Positions 19,648 through 30,016 of a stretch of 64,000 bases of DNA are shown here, piece after piece. Source of the stretch: Nitrososphaerota archaeon (lineage in GTDB: Archaea > Thermoproteota > Nitrososphaeria_A > Caldarchaeales > Calditenuaceae); assembly GCA_041641295.1 (NCBI GenBank), contig JBEPYO010000001.1, positions 288,001-352,000 of the forward strand, given 5' to 3'. Every line of letters starts with the position of its first letter. The first letter of the stretch is position 1. The notes below the pieces were generated by a model, which did not search any database, had not been told where the DNA came from, and saw only the letters and a program-made list of their open reading frames with translations. The translations under genes were made by a program, and so were the position numbers.

Positions 19648-21099
19648 GTGGCGTCCTTCTGGGAAGGCCCGGGTTTAACGTTTGACGATGTACTGCTGGT
19701 GCCTAGGTTCTCGACACTAAAGTCGAGGAGCGAGGCGTCCACTGTAACAAAGCTGACCAGGAGGCTCACCATCAACATCCCGATAGTCTCTGCGGCAATG
19801 GACACTGTTACTGAGAGCAAAATGGCCATAGCCATGGCGAGGGAGGGAGGCCTCGGCGTTATACACCGATTTATGCCGATTAGACAGCAGGTGGCTGAGG
19901 TCCTTAAGGTGAAGAGGGCCGAGGGGATAATCATCGACGACCCCTACACCATATTGCTGGGCTCTACGGTCGGAGAGGCGCGGCGAGAGATGGAGGCTAG
20001 GGGCGTGTCAGGCTTAATCGTTGTGGACAACGAGAGGCGGGTGCACGGCATAGTCACTGCGCGGGACATAATGTTTGAGAGGGATGATACCCGCGTGGAC
20101 GATGTGATGACCCCGAGGAGCAGGCTAGTAACAGCTCGCGAGGGAGTCACGACAGAGGAGGCAGTAGAGCTCATAAGGAAGCATAAGGTCGAGAAGATCC
20201 CAATCGTGGATGAGGACTGGAGGGTTAAAGGTCTGATAACGGCCAAGGATATCAGGTCTCGAGGACTCTACCCACACTCCTCGCGGGATGCTAAGGGGCG
20301 GATGATGGTTGGGGCTGCCATCGGTGTCAAGGGAGACTTCCTAGAGAGGGCTCGCGCCCTAGTCGAGGCTGAGGCCGATGTACTGGTGGTGGACGTGGCG
20401 CACGGGCATACAGAACTGGTGATAAACGCCCTCAAAACGCTGAGAAGAGAGCTCGGCGATGACGTACAGATAATAGCTGGGAACGTCGCCACGCCTGAAG
20501 GGTTCGAAGACCTAGCCGCTTATGCCGACTGTGTAAAGGTCGGTATAGGCCCTGGAGCCGTATGCACGACAAGGATAGTTGCGGGCGTGGGTGTTCCGCA
20601 GCTCACGGCAATTCTGAGCTGTGCTGAGGCATCGGAGAGGACGGGAGTTCCCATGATGGCTGACGGTGGTATCAGGAGCTCAGCCGACCTGGTGAAGGCT
20701 TTGGCGGGCGGAGCCTCCACAGTGATGATTGGCATGCTGCTAGCGGGTACAGATGAGAGCCCAGGCGCTATTGTGGTGAGGAACGGTAGGAAGAGCAAGG
20801 TCTACAGGGGCATGGCCTCCTTCTACGCTATGCTGAGCAGGGAGACAAAGTCAGCAGGGGACGTGCCACTCGACGAGGTTGCCGACTACTCCTACATGGC
20901 GGAGGGTGTTGAAGCATACGTCGACTACAAGGGCTCGGCATCAGACGTCATAAAGCAGCTGGTGAATGGTCTAAAGTCTGGGATGAGTTACCTAGGTGCG
21001 AGGACGATACCGGAACTGAGGCGGAACGCAGTGTTCATCCAGATCACGCATGCCTCATACCTCGAGTCGCTACCGCACGACGTCGAGCGGATAGGCTAG
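19648..21099 (+). CDS. guaB: IMP dehydrogenase with CBS pair
   Basis: LTFDDVLL, SAAMDTVTE, GIGPGAVCTTR, ADGGI, YRGMAS. Confidence 0.96.
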   Translation: MASFWEGPGLTFDDVLLVPRFSTLKSRSEASTVTKLTRRLTINIPIVSAAMDTVTESKMAIAMAREGGLGVIHRFMPIRQQVAEVLKVKRAEGIIIDDPYTILLGSTVGEARREMEARGVSGLIVVDNERRVHGIVTARDIMFERDDTRVDDVMTPRSRLVTAREGVTTEEAVELIRKHKVEKIPIVDEDWRVKGLITAKDIRSRGLYPHSSRDAKGRMMVGAAIGVKGDFLERARALVEAEADVLVVDVAHGHTELVINALKTLRRELGDDVQIIAGNVATPEGFEDLAAYADCVKVGIGPGAVCTTRIVAGVGVPQLTAILSCAEASERTGVPMMADGGIRSSADLVKALAGGASTVMIGMLLAGTDESPGAIVVRNGRKSKVYRGMASFYAMLSRETKSAGDVPLDEVADYSYMAEGVEAYVDYKGSASDVIKQLVNGLKSGMSYLGARTIPELRRNAVFIQITHASYLESLPHDVERIG

Positions 21100-21100
21100 C

Positions 21101-22354
21101 ATGCCGGGAATAGTAGTGGTTGGGCTGCAGTGGGGGGACGAGGGAAAAGGCAAGGTATCAGCATACCTAGCGAGGGGGGCGTCGCTAGCCGTAAGATTCA
21201 ACGGCGGGGCCAACGCGGGCCACACCGTCACGCTACCCGATAGGACACTCAGCCTCCACATGCTACCAGCCGCTACCATCTCAACCAAGTCGGCCGCAAT
21301 AGGCCCCGGCGTCTACCTCGACCTAGAGGAAATGCTCCGCGACATAGCTAAGCTGGAGGAGGCTGTGGGGAAGGTGGGAGTAGTTGTGAGCCCGCGAGCC
21401 CACCTTGTAACCCCTCTTCAGGTAGGACTTGACGCAAAGATGGAGGAGCTTAGAGGTGGAGGTTCGATAGGCACTACGCGGAGGGGAATTGGTCCGACAG
21501 CCCTTCACAAGTATGGTAGGCTCGGGCTGAGACTGTGCGACGTTCTTGAAGAAAGCGGTGCCGATGAGCTAGTCAGGCTCTGGGAGAGGCTTTGGGGTGG
21601 TGTGATACCATTTAACCCCGCGGAGGTCTTGGCGAGGGTTAGGGAGCTTGCCGAGCAGGTCAGAGGTATGGTGGGAGATGTCTCTTCACTGATTAGGACA
21701 CAGCTCTCGAGTGGTGGGACGGTCGTTTTCGAAGGGGCTCAGGGAACCATGCTAGACATAGACCACGGCACATACCCCTACGTCACCTCCAGCCACACCA
21801 TCTCGGCCGCGGCTGCAATAGGCTCTGGCGTGGGGTTAAGGTCCATAGATAGGGTGGTAGGAGTAGCTAAGGCATATACAACTAGGGTTGGGGCAGGACC
21901 CTTCCCCACCGAGATATCGGGACCAGTAGCAGACGTGATTAGGGAGCGGGGAGGCGAGTATGGGGCAACGACGGGCAGGCCGCGGAGGATAGGTTGGCTC
22001 GACCTACCACAGCTCAGATACGCTTGCATGCTCAACGACACTGACCAAATATTCCTCACAAGGGTCGATACACTCTCGGGGCTAGAAAGGGTGAAACTCT
22101 GCGTGAAGTATGAGGGTGTGGGGGAGTCTTATCCAGAGAGGGTCGCTGTTCTGAGGGGTGTGGAGCCAGTTTATCTGGAGCTCGAGGGGTGGCCTCGGAT
22201 AGATGATGCTGAGAGGGAGAGGCTGAGGCGGGAGGGGTATGGAGCCCTTCACAGAGCCGCCCGTCGATACCTAGAGAAGGTCGAGGAAGAGCTTGGAACA
22301 CCCATCAAGTATATCGGCATCGGCCCGGGCGTATTGGACGTCATCGTGAAATAG
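21101..22354 (+). CDS. purA: adenylosuccinate synthetase
   Basis: QWGDEGKGK, GGANAGHT, FEGAQG, GATTGRPRR. Confidence 0.96.
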   Translation: MPGIVVVGLQWGDEGKGKVSAYLARGASLAVRFNGGANAGHTVTLPDRTLSLHMLPAATISTKSAAIGPGVYLDLEEMLRDIAKLEEAVGKVGVVVSPRAHLVTPLQVGLDAKMEELRGGGSIGTTRRGIGPTALHKYGRLGLRLCDVLEESGADELVRLWERLWGGVIPFNPAEVLARVRELAEQVRGMVGDVSSLIRTQLSSGGTVVFEGAQGTMLDIDHGTYPYVTSSHTISAAAAIGSGVGLRSIDRVVGVAKAYTTRVGAGPFPTEISGPVADVIRERGGEYGATTGRPRRIGWLDLPQLRYACMLNDTDQIFLTRVDTLSGLERVKLCVKYEGVGESYPERVAVLRGVEPVYLELEGWPRIDDAERERLRREGYGALHRAARRYLEKVEEELGTPIKYIGIGPGVLDVIVK

Positions 22355-22391
22355 GGCTAAACAGCCTCCTAGTCAGGTCTCTCACAGGGAC

Positions 22392-23741
22392 ATGTTGGGA
22401 TGTGGGGAGATAGAGAGGGCGATCGGGGTTGAGGGCTACTACACCTCTACCCGTGGAATAGGAGGCGTCATAAAGAAGCAGCCTGAAGACTTCCTAGTCT
22501 CCGAGATACTTGAGGGCGGGCTCGACGCCCAAGCCCTCTGGCTTAAAGACCCTCTCCCCATAGAGCCCACACGCTACACGCTCTGGATACTGAAGAAAAG
22601 GGATATGGAGACGGTCTCAGCGTTAGCCGAGCTGGCTCAAATAATTGGAACCAAACCCTCCAAGGCGAAGATATGCGGGATAAAGGATAGAAGGGCCATA
22701 ACCTATCAATACGTGGCCCTACCAGTGGCTAGGGTCTCGGAGGGTAGCGGCCACTACGCATCAAGGGGTTGGGAAGCATGGAGAATAGGGTTCATCGACG
22801 AACTCAACTCCTCTAGGCTGCTCGCGAATAGATTCGACATAACAATTTGGACGACTAGTGATGTAGACTCTTCACTCCTAACACAGTTTAAACAAGCTGT
22901 TCAGGACAGTGGAGTCCCCAACTTTTTTGGGCATCAGAGGTTCGGCCTCCTAAGACCCATAACACACCTTGTAGGCAGACTGATAGTGAAGGGAGATCTG
23001 CGCGGCGCTGTAGACACCTTCCTGGGATTCACCACAGAGTTTGAGCCTGAACCAGTTAGGACTGCCCGGAAGACCTTTTCTGAGACTGGCGACTATGGAG
23101 AGGCGTTAAAGAATTTCCCGCCAAGCCTGACATACGAGAGGAGGATACTGCGACACCTTTCCCGAGTGCCCGGAGACTACTCCGGCGCCCTCAGAAGCCT
23201 CCCACTACGCATAAGGCGGCTATTCGTCGACGCCTACTCCTCCTACCTCTTCAACAGGGCTCTAAGCCTCACACTTAGGGACGGCCTCCGTCTTGACGAG
23301 CCTTGCATAGGAGACCTCTTCGTCAGGATAGATAGGCATCACCGCCCATATGGCAGGCCGCTACAGGTTACTAGCGCGAATCTTGAAGAGATTGGTGTGA
23401 GAATCAAGAGAGGAGAGGTGGCAATAGTCCTACCAACCCCCGGATACCTCTCATGGATTCCCAGCGGCCCGCGAGGCAGCGCATTGAAAAACGTGCTAGA
23501 GGAGGAAGGGGTCTCGCCTAGGAGTTTTAGAACTAAGCTTATGCCTGAAGCCTCATCGACAGGAATGTATAGGCCCATATTATTGAGACCGCTCAAGCTC
23601 GAGCTTGAGAAGCTGCACGACTCCAGTGTTAAACTCTATCTTACACTGCCACCCTCGAGCTATGCAACATCCCTGCTGAGAGAACTCATGAAGAGGAGAT
23701 GCGCGCTGGCATACATTGGTAAGGAGCACTGCTATGCTTAA
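22392..23741 (+). CDS. truD: tRNA pseudouridine(13) synthase TruD/Pus7
   Basis: PEDFxVxE, GIKDRRAITYQ, PNFFGHQRFG, SYATxLLRE. Confidence 0.93.
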   Translation: MLGCGEIERAIGVEGYYTSTRGIGGVIKKQPEDFLVSEILEGGLDAQALWLKDPLPIEPTRYTLWILKKRDMETVSALAELAQIIGTKPSKAKICGIKDRRAITYQYVALPVARVSEGSGHYASRGWEAWRIGFIDELNSSRLLANRFDITIWTTSDVDSSLLTQFKQAVQDSGVPNFFGHQRFGLLRPITHLVGRLIVKGDLRGAVDTFLGFTTEFEPEPVRTARKTFSETGDYGEALKNFPPSLTYERRILRHLSRVPGDYSGALRSLPLRIRRLFVDAYSSYLFNRALSLTLRDGLRLDEPCIGDLFVRIDRHHRPYGRPLQVTSANLEEIGVRIKRGEVAIVLPTPGYLSWIPSGPRGSALKNVLEEEGVSPRSFRTKLMPEASSTGMYRPILLRPLKLELEKLHDSSVKLYLTLPPSSYATSLLRELMKRRCALAYIGKEHCYA

Positions 23742-23765
23742 ATCCGAGAATCCATAATCAATGAC

Positions 23766-24431
23766 TTGTTGTACATCGCAAGAGAAGAGCGGCCATTGGC
23801 TACATTCACGATTATAGCCATAAACTTGATAGTCTTCGCCCTCACCTTCATTTTTGGCAGAGTGTTCATGATCTCTAACTTTGGGCTGGTCCCAGTAACA
23901 ATTATGGCCGCACCAGACCTCTACACCCTCCTATACGGAGTGTTTACCATCTTCACATCCATGTTCATCCACGATGGATTCCTTCATATCTTCTTCAACA
24001 TGTGGGGGCTGCTGATTCTGGGGAGGGATGTTGAGATTCTGCTGGGCAGGTCTAGGTTCATCGCGCTCTACTTCGCTAGCGGCGTGGTAGGTGGGTTGTC
24101 GTACGCGTTCACCAGCTATTACTTCCCTTCAAACAGATTCGCACCCTACATTCCAGCCGTCGGAGCCTCTGGAGCGGTGTTCGGAGTTATGGGGGCATTC
24201 GGCGTCTTATTCCCGAGAAGACCATTGGCCCTATTCCTCTACCTGATACCCATCGTCGCGCCAGCATACATCGTCATACTCGTTCTGGCACTCCTCCAGA
24301 CGCTACTAGCCTTTACAATGCCTTTCAGCTCGATTGCATATAGTGCACACATCGGGGGCCTCCTCATGGGACTTGGTCTCACCGCCGTGTGGGCTTCAGG
24401 CCTAAACCGGTATAGGGTCTATTATTGGTGA
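23766..24431 (+). CDS. rhomboid family intramembrane serine protease
   Basis: SMFIH..HIFFNM, GASG, AHIGG. Confidence 0.92.
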   Translation: MLYIAREERPLATFTIIAINLIVFALTFIFGRVFMISNFGLVPVTIMAAPDLYTLLYGVFTIFTSMFIHDGFLHIFFNMWGLLILGRDVEILLGRSRFIALYFASGVVGGLSYAFTSYYFPSNRFAPYIPAVGASGAVFGVMGAFGVLFPRRPLALFLYLIPIVAPAYIVILVLALLQTLLAFTMPFSSIAYSAHIGGLLMGLGLTAVWASGLNRYRVYYW

Positions 24432-24442
24432 GTCGAGTCTTC

Positions 24443-24592
24443 CTAGGCGACTCCGAGCAATATGGCGCCTATAGCCCTCCCCAACGCCCTGAACAGATCG
24501 GCGATAAAAACCGATGATACGGCTACCAATAGGAAAAAGAGAAACAGGGCTATCACAGAGGCCAACTCTCTTGGCTGCACCATGGATCCCAT
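24443..24592 (-). CDS. small membrane protein (49 aa), not in ORF track
   Basis: MGSMVQPRELASVIALFLFFLLVAVSSVFIADLFRALGRAIGAILLGVA; TTAATATA about 20-27 nt upstream. Confidence 0.55.
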   Translation of the reverse strand: MGSMVQPRELASVIALFLFFLLVAVSSVFIADLFRALGRAIGAILLGVA

Positions 24593-24692
24593 GATAGCGG
24601 GGGGATTCCACTATATTAACGGATTCCGCCACGTGAAGAGCAGGATGCAGATTTTTTTGTGGAAGTCCTATCTCTTCGCGACCGCTGGGTGG

Positions 24693-26432
24693 CTACCTTT
24701 GGCGGACGTTAGCTAAGTGCATGGCTAGGCGCTCACCTATTCGGTCAATCTGCGTCAGACAATTCTGTAGGAGGGGCCTGTATATGTCGAGCGCAGCGGA
24801 GAGGGCTACTTCAAGCTGAACCTCACCCCTCTCTACACTCTTCATAAACCCCTCCACAATCCTCCGGGTCTCAGGTGTGACGAGTCTCTCATCCACCTGT
24901 TTCAGGGTCTCGATTAGGGCCTCTCCCAGCCCTGTGGGCTTAAGACTTTTCTTCTCTCTTACTACGAATCCTCTCTCGACGAGTAGGGACGGGTATAGGG
25001 GCCGCGTAGCGTCGGTGCCTAGCTCGTTAGACTCCATTATCCTCAGGAGGTCGCTCTCCGACAGCCGTGAGGGCGGGCGGGTCTCATCCTCAACCAATCG
25101 GGCTTCGACCACCTCAACCACCGCTCCTACCGGGAGCTTAGGGAGCGGTTCTTCACGGGGCTTAAAATAGGGGAAGACAGTGTAGAAGCCTGCTGACTCC
25201 AGATATCTTCCCGCTGCCCTCAACTCTACGCCGCCCACCTTGACCACGGCACTTTGCCGGACGACTAAAGCATCATCGGTGAAGGCGTTTGCAACGAATC
25301 TCCTCGCAAAATACTCCCACACAGCCCTTTCAACGCCTCCACCAGTGTAGGTGCCCGTGGGGTAAATGGGAGGATGAGCACCATCGCTCAGCTTACCGTT
25401 TCTAGGCCTAGGCTCCGCGCGAAGCTCAACACCAGCCAGCACTCCTGAATCCATGACGGTCTTCAGACGTTTCTTAAAGTCGAAACCGTCCGGATACTTG
25501 TTGGTCTCCGTCCGGGGATAAGAGAGGTAGCCCGACTGATAGAGCTGCTCCATGATTCTCATAAGGCTGTATGAAGACCTCCCCGTGATTTTTACCAACT
25601 CACGGAGAGAATCATCTGTCCTAGCGGGTAATGGCCGCGCCACCCTAACCCTCTCCTCACTGTACTCCAAAACCTCTCCGAGATTAGCCGATGAGACATC
25701 CCTGATGAGGCTCTCTGCAAGAGCCTTGTCCCAAACCTCGTCGCTACTAGCCTTGAAGACCACATCCCCATATTTCAGGATACACGCCACGTACCAGTAC
25801 TTCCTAGGCTTGAACCCGCGAATCAGCTGCTCCCTATCAACTACGAACTTTAGGCAGGGGGATTGTACCGGCCCCCAACTAATCACGCCTGAGCCATTTA
25901 CTCTACGCCGGGCAGATAGTGTTAGTAGGCGGGTAAAGGCTGCGCCGGTGATGAGGTCGAAGGTCCTCCGTAGCTGCGCCTTGTATACCCAGCCCCAGTT
26001 GAGGTCGCTTTCCAGATTCTGCCAAGCCCTGATTATCTCGTCTTCTTCAAGTGAGTTGAATCTCATTCTCCTGAATTCTGCCTTTTCTCCCCGGATGCTC
26101 CGGTAGAGGATCACCAGCTCGTATCCGATCAACTCGCCTTCGTGGTCATTATCCGTCGCCACAACCATCAATCCTTCGCGGAGATTTGAGAAGGCCCGAA
26201 CTACACGACTATAAGCATATTTGTCAGATACGACCAGCCTAGTGTTCTCGGGTCTGAAAAGCTCTAACAAGTCGGAGAGACGCCACCTCGCATACCTCTC
26301 GACTAGGTCGCAGTCCATTAGGTGGCCGCTGACGCTAGTTACTGTAACTGACTCCCGCGCATATTTCTTTAGGACCCTGTAAATCGCCTCTGCAACCGAC
26401 TTCTTCTCGGCCACCACCACGTAGCGGGGCAT
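24693..26432 (-). CDS. topA: type IA DNA topoisomerase (Topo III-like)
   Basis: VAEKxSVA, ATDNDHEGE (Toprim), SYPRTET catalytic Tyr, AHPPIYPT, LGTDATR. Confidence 0.93.
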   Translation of the reverse strand: MPRYVVVAEKKSVAEAIYRVLKKYARESVTVTSVSGHLMDCDLVERYARWRLSDLLELFRPENTRLVVSDKYAYSRVVRAFSNLREGLMVVATDNDHEGELIGYELVILYRSIRGEKAEFRRMRFNSLEEDEIIRAWQNLESDLNWGWVYKAQLRRTFDLITGAAFTRLLTLSARRRVNGSGVISWGPVQSPCLKFVVDREQLIRGFKPRKYWYVACILKYGDVVFKASSDEVWDKALAESLIRDVSSANLGEVLEYSEERVRVARPLPARTDDSLRELVKITGRSSYSLMRIMEQLYQSGYLSYPRTETNKYPDGFDFKKRLKTVMDSGVLAGVELRAEPRPRNGKLSDGAHPPIYPTGTYTGGGVERAVWEYFARRFVANAFTDDALVVRQSAVVKVGGVELRAAGRYLESAGFYTVFPYFKPREEPLPKLPVGAVVEVVEARLVEDETRPPSRLSESDLLRIMESNELGTDATRPLYPSLLVERGFVVREKKSLKPTGLGEALIETLKQVDERLVTPETRRIVEGFMKSVERGEVQLEVALSAALDIYRPLLQNCLTQIDRIGERLAMHLANVRQR

Positions 26433-26519
26433 GATGCTAAACAGTGGAGTGGCCCCTCGCTATTAACCCCTTCAGTCCTTCCAAGTAGATAAGACGCCCC
26501 TCAGTAGTGTTAGAGAGGA

Positions 26520-26954
26520 TTGTGTGGCGCGGGACACTGCATTGCATTCATCGACGGGGCTTCCAGCGGCAATCCCGGACCCTCTGCGTACGCCTACTTG
26601 ATCATGCGGGGGGAGAGTGTCTTGAGGGGGGCCGGGTATCTAGGCCAAGGCACAAACAATTACGCCGAGTATCAGGCGCTTCTCCACTGTCTGAGACGGG
26701 CAATCAGACTGGGATGCAAGTCAATCAGAGTGTATAGCGATAGTCAGCTGCTCGTGAGGCAGATTCTGGGCGAGTATAGGGTCAGAGACCCGCGGCTAAA
26801 GCGGCTAAGAGAAGAGGCATTGGAGCTCATAAGCCGCTTCCAATCCTTCGAGATAAAACACATACCGCGGGAGCTGAACCCGGATGCAAATAGGCTGGCT
26901 GCCAAGGTCCTATCTAAGATTCTGAGGGAGAAAGAAGATAGAGTAGATGGATGA
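26520..26954 (+). CDS. rnhA: ribonuclease HI
   Basis: FIDGASSGNPG, TNNYAEY, YSDSQLLVRQ, HIPRELN. Confidence 0.92.
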   Translation: MCGAGHCIAFIDGASSGNPGPSAYAYLIMRGESVLRGAGYLGQGTNNYAEYQALLHCLRRAIRLGCKSIRVYSDSQLLVRQILGEYRVRDPRLKRLREEALELISRFQSFEIKHIPRELNPDANRLAAKVLSKILREKEDRVDG

Positions 26955-26987
26955 GGTAGAAATATAGCACCATTAAATCATCAAATC

Positions 26988-27374
26988 GTGATGAAGTATA
27001 TCATCGGAGCCACTGATGTCAAGATAATATCCCTCGGCCTCTCACTGTATAGAGAACTCCTCCTCGAGACTGCACGCCGATTCCTATCGGGATACAACGT
27101 GAGTTATGAGGTGAAGGAAGCTATACATATGGAGGTTGAAGCGTTGGAGAACCTTCTTAACAATATGAGACCTGAGACGGAGTTCGTACTGCAAAATCCC
27201 GATGAGGCGACAAAGCAGGTCTTGCTGAGCGGCTGTAAAGTCTTCGCCGCAGTCTTCGAGGTAGTCAAGGCTAGACTAGCCCAGAGGGGTGTGAGAACCG
27301 ACATAAAGGAGCTAGATTATGTCGAGAAGCGGCTTAAGGATTTGTTGGAGTCGCCTATTCTCTCAGAGTCTTAG
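26988..27374 (+). CDS. hypothetical helical protein
   Basis: 128-aa ORF filling the gap; ATTAAA upstream. Confidence 0.65.
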   Translation: MMKYIIGATDVKIISLGLSLYRELLLETARRFLSGYNVSYEVKEAIHMEVEALENLLNNMRPETEFVLQNPDEATKQVLLSGCKVFAAVFEVVKARLAQRGVRTDIKELDYVEKRLKDLLESPILSES

Positions 27375-27380
27375 AAGTGT

Positions 27381-28403
27381 CTATCCACCCAGAGTGTGCA
27401 TGGGCCTGATGTGCTGGGGCAGCTCACCAGTTTTTAGCAACGTTTCCACTCCTCTAAACTTACGGCTGAAGGCCCATTTTATGAACTCGCTTATCTCTTC
27501 GTCGGGGGCTCCGGACCTTAGCAGCGGCTTAAGGTCGTATTCGTCCCTGCTAAACATGCATGGCACGAGTTTCCCATCGGCTTTAACCCGCACCCTGTCA
27601 CAATCGGAGCAGAAGGGCTCTGAGATGGAGGATACCAGGCCAATCTCCCCCACTTGGGAATCCTTGAAGCCATAGTATCGGGTTGTTGAGCCATGCTCCC
27701 TAGGCTTGGGGTAAAGTTGATATCGCGTAGATAGAATTTCAAGTATCTCGGACGCCCTCACCACTCTCTCAATATTCCATAGCCTCTCTCCATCGAAAGG
27801 CATAAACTCGATAAACTTGACCGTAATTCCAGTCCTCCTAGAAAGCTCTGCAAAGTCGAAAAGCTCATCATCATTGCAGCCCTTGACCACGACGGCGTTA
27901 ATCTTTACCCTCAGCCCCACATCTCTCGCGGCAGCTATGCCCTCAACGACCTTATCGAAGACGCCCCTGACTCCCACGATTTCCTCGAACCTTTCCGGCT
28001 TGAGGCTGTGGAGGCTGACCGTCACTCCCCTCAGCCCCGCCTCCGCTAGCGCATTTGCAAAAGACTTTAGGTGGAAGCCGTTCGTCGTCATAGTGATCTC
28101 CTCGATTCCTGGGATTGAGGCTATAGCCTTGACTAGCTTCTCCACTCCTCTTCTGACAAGGGGCTCTCCACCGGTTAGCCTGACGCGAGACACGCCCATG
28201 GATGCAAGAATCTTCACCACGCGGGCGAGCTCCTCAAAACTTAGCACTTCGTCTCTGGGTATCCAGACAGGCTCCTTAGGCATGCAGAAGTTACACCTGA
28301 AGTTACACCTATCAGTTACTGAGAGTCTAAGCTTCTTGGCTACGCGCCCATATCTGTCAACCAGCTTACTCAACAGGCTACATTCCGCGTATTGAGTAGT
28401 CAA
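27381..28403 (-). CDS. moaA: GTP 3',8-cyclase MoaA
   Basis: CNFRCNFC, TGGEP, FCSDCDRVR, C-terminal GG. Confidence 0.95.
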   Translation of the reverse strand: MTTQYAECSLLSKLVDRYGRVAKKLRLSVTDRCNFRCNFCMPKEPVWIPRDEVLSFEELARVVKILASMGVSRVRLTGGEPLVRRGVEKLVKAIASIPGIEEITMTTNGFHLKSFANALAEAGLRGVTVSLHSLKPERFEEIVGVRGVFDKVVEGIAAARDVGLRVKINAVVVKGCNDDELFDFAELSRRTGITVKFIEFMPFDGERLWNIERVVRASEILEILSTRYQLYPKPREHGSTTRYYGFKDSQVGEIGLVSSISEPFCSDCDRVRVKADGKLVPCMFSRDEYDLKPLLRSGAPDEEISEFIKWAFSRKFRGVETLLKTGELPQHIRPMHTLGG

Positions 28404-28537
28404 CTTATATAAACCTCACACTTCTAGCCATTCAGGGTTGGGGTCCTAACGGAAACAATCAAGCCAAATGGGTTCACCGGTTATGGTGAGATAGATTTAA
28501 ACGATGCCTTTGGAGCTTATAAACGTAGGTGGTGTGA

Positions 28538-29266
28538 TTGGCTGCTCTTGGGATGGCTGGAGCATATGACAGGGCGATTACTGTCTTCTCGCCTCAAGGC
28601 CGCCTATACCAAGTAGAGTATGCTCTTGAGACCGTCAAGTCAGGCTCAACAGCCGTTGGGATCTGTGTGAATGAGGGCGTGGTCCTCGCCGTAGAGGAGA
28701 GGGCCTACAGCAAACTTCAGAACCCGAACTACACGCAGAAGCTCTTCCAGATTGACGAGCACATAGGTGCTGCGAGTTCTGGGCTGATCTCGGATGCGCG
28801 GATTCTTGTTGATAGTGCGCGGGTCTACGCCCAGATATACAGGCTAACATATGATGAGCCTCCAAGCGTTGAGGCTATAGCTAAGAGGGTGGGTGATACT
28901 ATGCAGCTTTATACCCAGCATGCCGGCGTGAGACCCTTCGGAGTCGCCTTCCTGATAGGTGGTGTAGGAAGCGACGGGGCTAGTCTCTTCTACACGGAGC
29001 CAAGCGGCGTCGTTATGAAGTATGGCGGCTGGTCAATAGGTAGGGGTAGCGAGAAGGTGAAGGAGATTCTAGAGAACCTCTACGACCCCAATATGACACT
29101 CGAAGAGGCTAAGCTGTTGTGTGTGAAGGCGCTTGTCCAGAGTATTGAGAAGACTGACGAGAGATGGTCAGCTAAAATAGTCGTGATACCGACCAGCACG
29201 CGGCTCTATACGCCCCTGAGCCAAGAAGAGGTCAACAGGCTGGTAGAACAGGCCCTCAAAGGGTAG
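28538..29266 (+). CDS. psmA: proteasome alpha subunit
   Basis: YDRAITVFSPQGRLYQVEYA, RPFGV. Confidence 0.96.
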   Translation: MAALGMAGAYDRAITVFSPQGRLYQVEYALETVKSGSTAVGICVNEGVVLAVEERAYSKLQNPNYTQKLFQIDEHIGAASSGLISDARILVDSARVYAQIYRLTYDEPPSVEAIAKRVGDTMQLYTQHAGVRPFGVAFLIGGVGSDGASLFYTEPSGVVMKYGGWSIGRGSEKVKEILENLYDPNMTLEEAKLLCVKALVQSIEKTDERWSAKIVVIPTSTRLYTPLSQEEVNRLVEQALKG

Positions 29267-29317
29267 GGGTAGCCAAGAATATAAATAACATTCCCCATAA
29301 ATGTAGTTGATAAAACG

Positions 29318-30016
29318 TTGAGCAAGCGATATACCGTTGCGAGGATATCCAAGAGTGGTAACACCTTTGAGGTATTAGTTGACCCTGAGGCAGCATTAAG
29401 GGTAAAGATGGGTGAAAATCTTCCCCCCTCCAAGTTCTTGGTGTATGAAGAGGTTTACAGAGACTCGAAAAAGGGTATTAGAGCCAACGCAAACGAGCTC
29501 ATGAAGTCCTTCGGAACCACCAACATCCAAGAAATAGCATTGAAGATAGTTAGGGAAGGTGATCTGCAGATAACAGCCGAGCAGAGGAGAAGGTTGATTG
29601 AGGAGAAGAAGCGGCAGATCATCGATTTTCTTAGCAAACACGCAATAGACCCTAGAACTAACACTCCTATCCCGCCCCAGAGGCTTGAACTCTCACTTGA
29701 GGAGGCTGGGGTATCGATTGATCCTTTCCTTGACGCTAAGAAGCAGGTGCCGAAGGTTTTGGAGAAGCTGAGGATGGTTCTGCCCATAAAGGTGGGCCTT
29801 TCTACATTCGCGATACGGGTGCCAAACGATGCTCAGCCCGCTGTCTATAGACACTTGAAGCCCTTGGGCAAGGTTCTGAAAGAGGAGTGGGGACAGGATG
29901 GCTGGTGGAGATGCGAGTTAGAAGCGCCTGCGGGGATGATCACAGATTTGGTGGAACTGGTGAACAGATATACCGCTGGGAGGGGCGAGGTAAAGCCCAT
30001 AGGTGAGGCCAAATGA
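29318..30016 (+). CDS. ribosome maturation factor SBDS/Sdo1
   Basis: FEVLVDP, QITAEQRR, DPRTNTPIPP; canonical position after psmA. Confidence 0.94.
   Translation: MSKRYTVARISKSGNTFEVLVDPEAALRVKMGENLPPSKFLVYEEVYRDSKKGIRANANELMKSFGTTNIQEIALKIVREGDLQITAEQRRRLIEEKKRQIIDFLSKHAIDPRTNTPIPPQRLELSLEEAGVSIDPFLDAKKQVPKVLEKLRMVLPIKVGLSTFAIRVPNDAQPAVYRHLKPLGKVLKEEWGQDGWWRCELEAPAGMITDLVELVNRYTAGRGEVKPIGEAK

Noticed and set aside
24402-24716. ORFs 24402..24632 (-) and 24462..24716 (+)
   Set aside because: Implausible composition; the 49-aa minus-strand ORF in another frame has a TM helix and a promoter.
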